IMG/VR virus record: IMGVR_UViG_2671180885_000001
Coordinates: 1 to 27,426 of that record
Direction: 5' to 3' (one strand)
Source of the DNA: a virus
Taxonomy: Duplodnaviria; Heunggongvirae; Uroviricota; Caudoviricetes
DNA: 27,426 nt
A model generated the notes under the pieces. It was not told the DNA's origin, ran no database searches, and worked only from the letters and a program-made list of their open reading frames with translations. The first letter of the stretch is position 1. Every line of letters begins with the position of its first letter. Below, piece after piece: positions 27,166 through 27,426 of the stretch. Both the position numbers and the translations under genes were made by a program.

Positions 27166-27426
27166 GGTGATGCTGCCAACTTACTGATTTAGTGTATGAT
27201 GGTGTTTTTGAGGTGCTCCAGTGGCTTCTGTTTCTATCAGCTGTCCCTCCTGTTCAGCTACTGACGGGGTGGTGCGTAACGGCAAAAGCACCGCCGGACA
27301 TCAGCGCTATCTCTGCTCTCACTGCCGTAAAACATGGCAACTGCAGTTCACTTACACCGCTTCTCAACCCGGTACGCACCAGAAAATCATTGATATGGCC
27401 ATGAATGGCGTTGGATGCCGGGCAAC
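27166..27426 (+). mobile_element. IS1 insertion sequence, left end (element continues beyond window)
   Basis: Begins GGTGATGCTGCCAACTTACTGATTTAGTGTATGATGGTG, the IS1 terminal inverted repeat and leader; downstream sequence matches insA. Confidence 0.85.
27221..27426 (+). CDS. insA: IS1 InsA (transposition repressor), 5' part; GTG start; truncated by window end
   Basis: GTG GCT TCT GTT TCT ATC AGC TGT CCC gives [23 protein letters not shown], the InsA N-terminus; the ORF-track entry 27192..27404 is in a different frame. Confidence 0.7.
   Translation, partial: MASVSISCPSCSATDGVVRNGKSTAGHQRYLCSHCRKTWQLQFTYTASQPGTHQKIIDMAMNGVGCRA

Overview
Almost the whole window is the right-hand part of a P2/186-family temperate myovirus prophage, integrated at the 3' end of ssrA (tmRNA). 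Gene identities below rest on protein similarity recalled from memory and on synteny; no database search was run. On the minus strand, 9363 down to 1: scaffold O, capsid N, terminase M, head completion L, tail protein X, a lysis cassette (holin Y, SAR-type endolysin K, LysA, nested spanins LysB/LysC), tail completion R and S, baseplate V-W-J-I, and a partial tail fibre H. Divergent on the plus strand are terminase ATPase P and portal Q, followed by a cos-like region. The early/replication block (minus strand) holds a LexA-boxed tum-like/DinI-like pair, replication endonuclease A, an embedded Dam-type methyltransferase, a TraR-like zinc finger, small early ORFs, B and a Cox/Apl-like gene. Then come a switch region, a 186-type CI repressor and a tyrosine integrase (plus strand). 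The most interesting element is an AT-rich 406-aa cargo gene (20143..21363) wedged between the integrase and the attR core, with motifs resembling a RES domain; this is the best candidate for an undescribed accessory or defence function. Outside the prophage lie a large autotransporter adhesin (ypjA-like), degraded invertase and IS3-like fragments, and the left end of an IS1. Hand-derived coordinates of short sites may be off by 1-2 nt; CDS coordinates follow the ORF track and include the stop codon.
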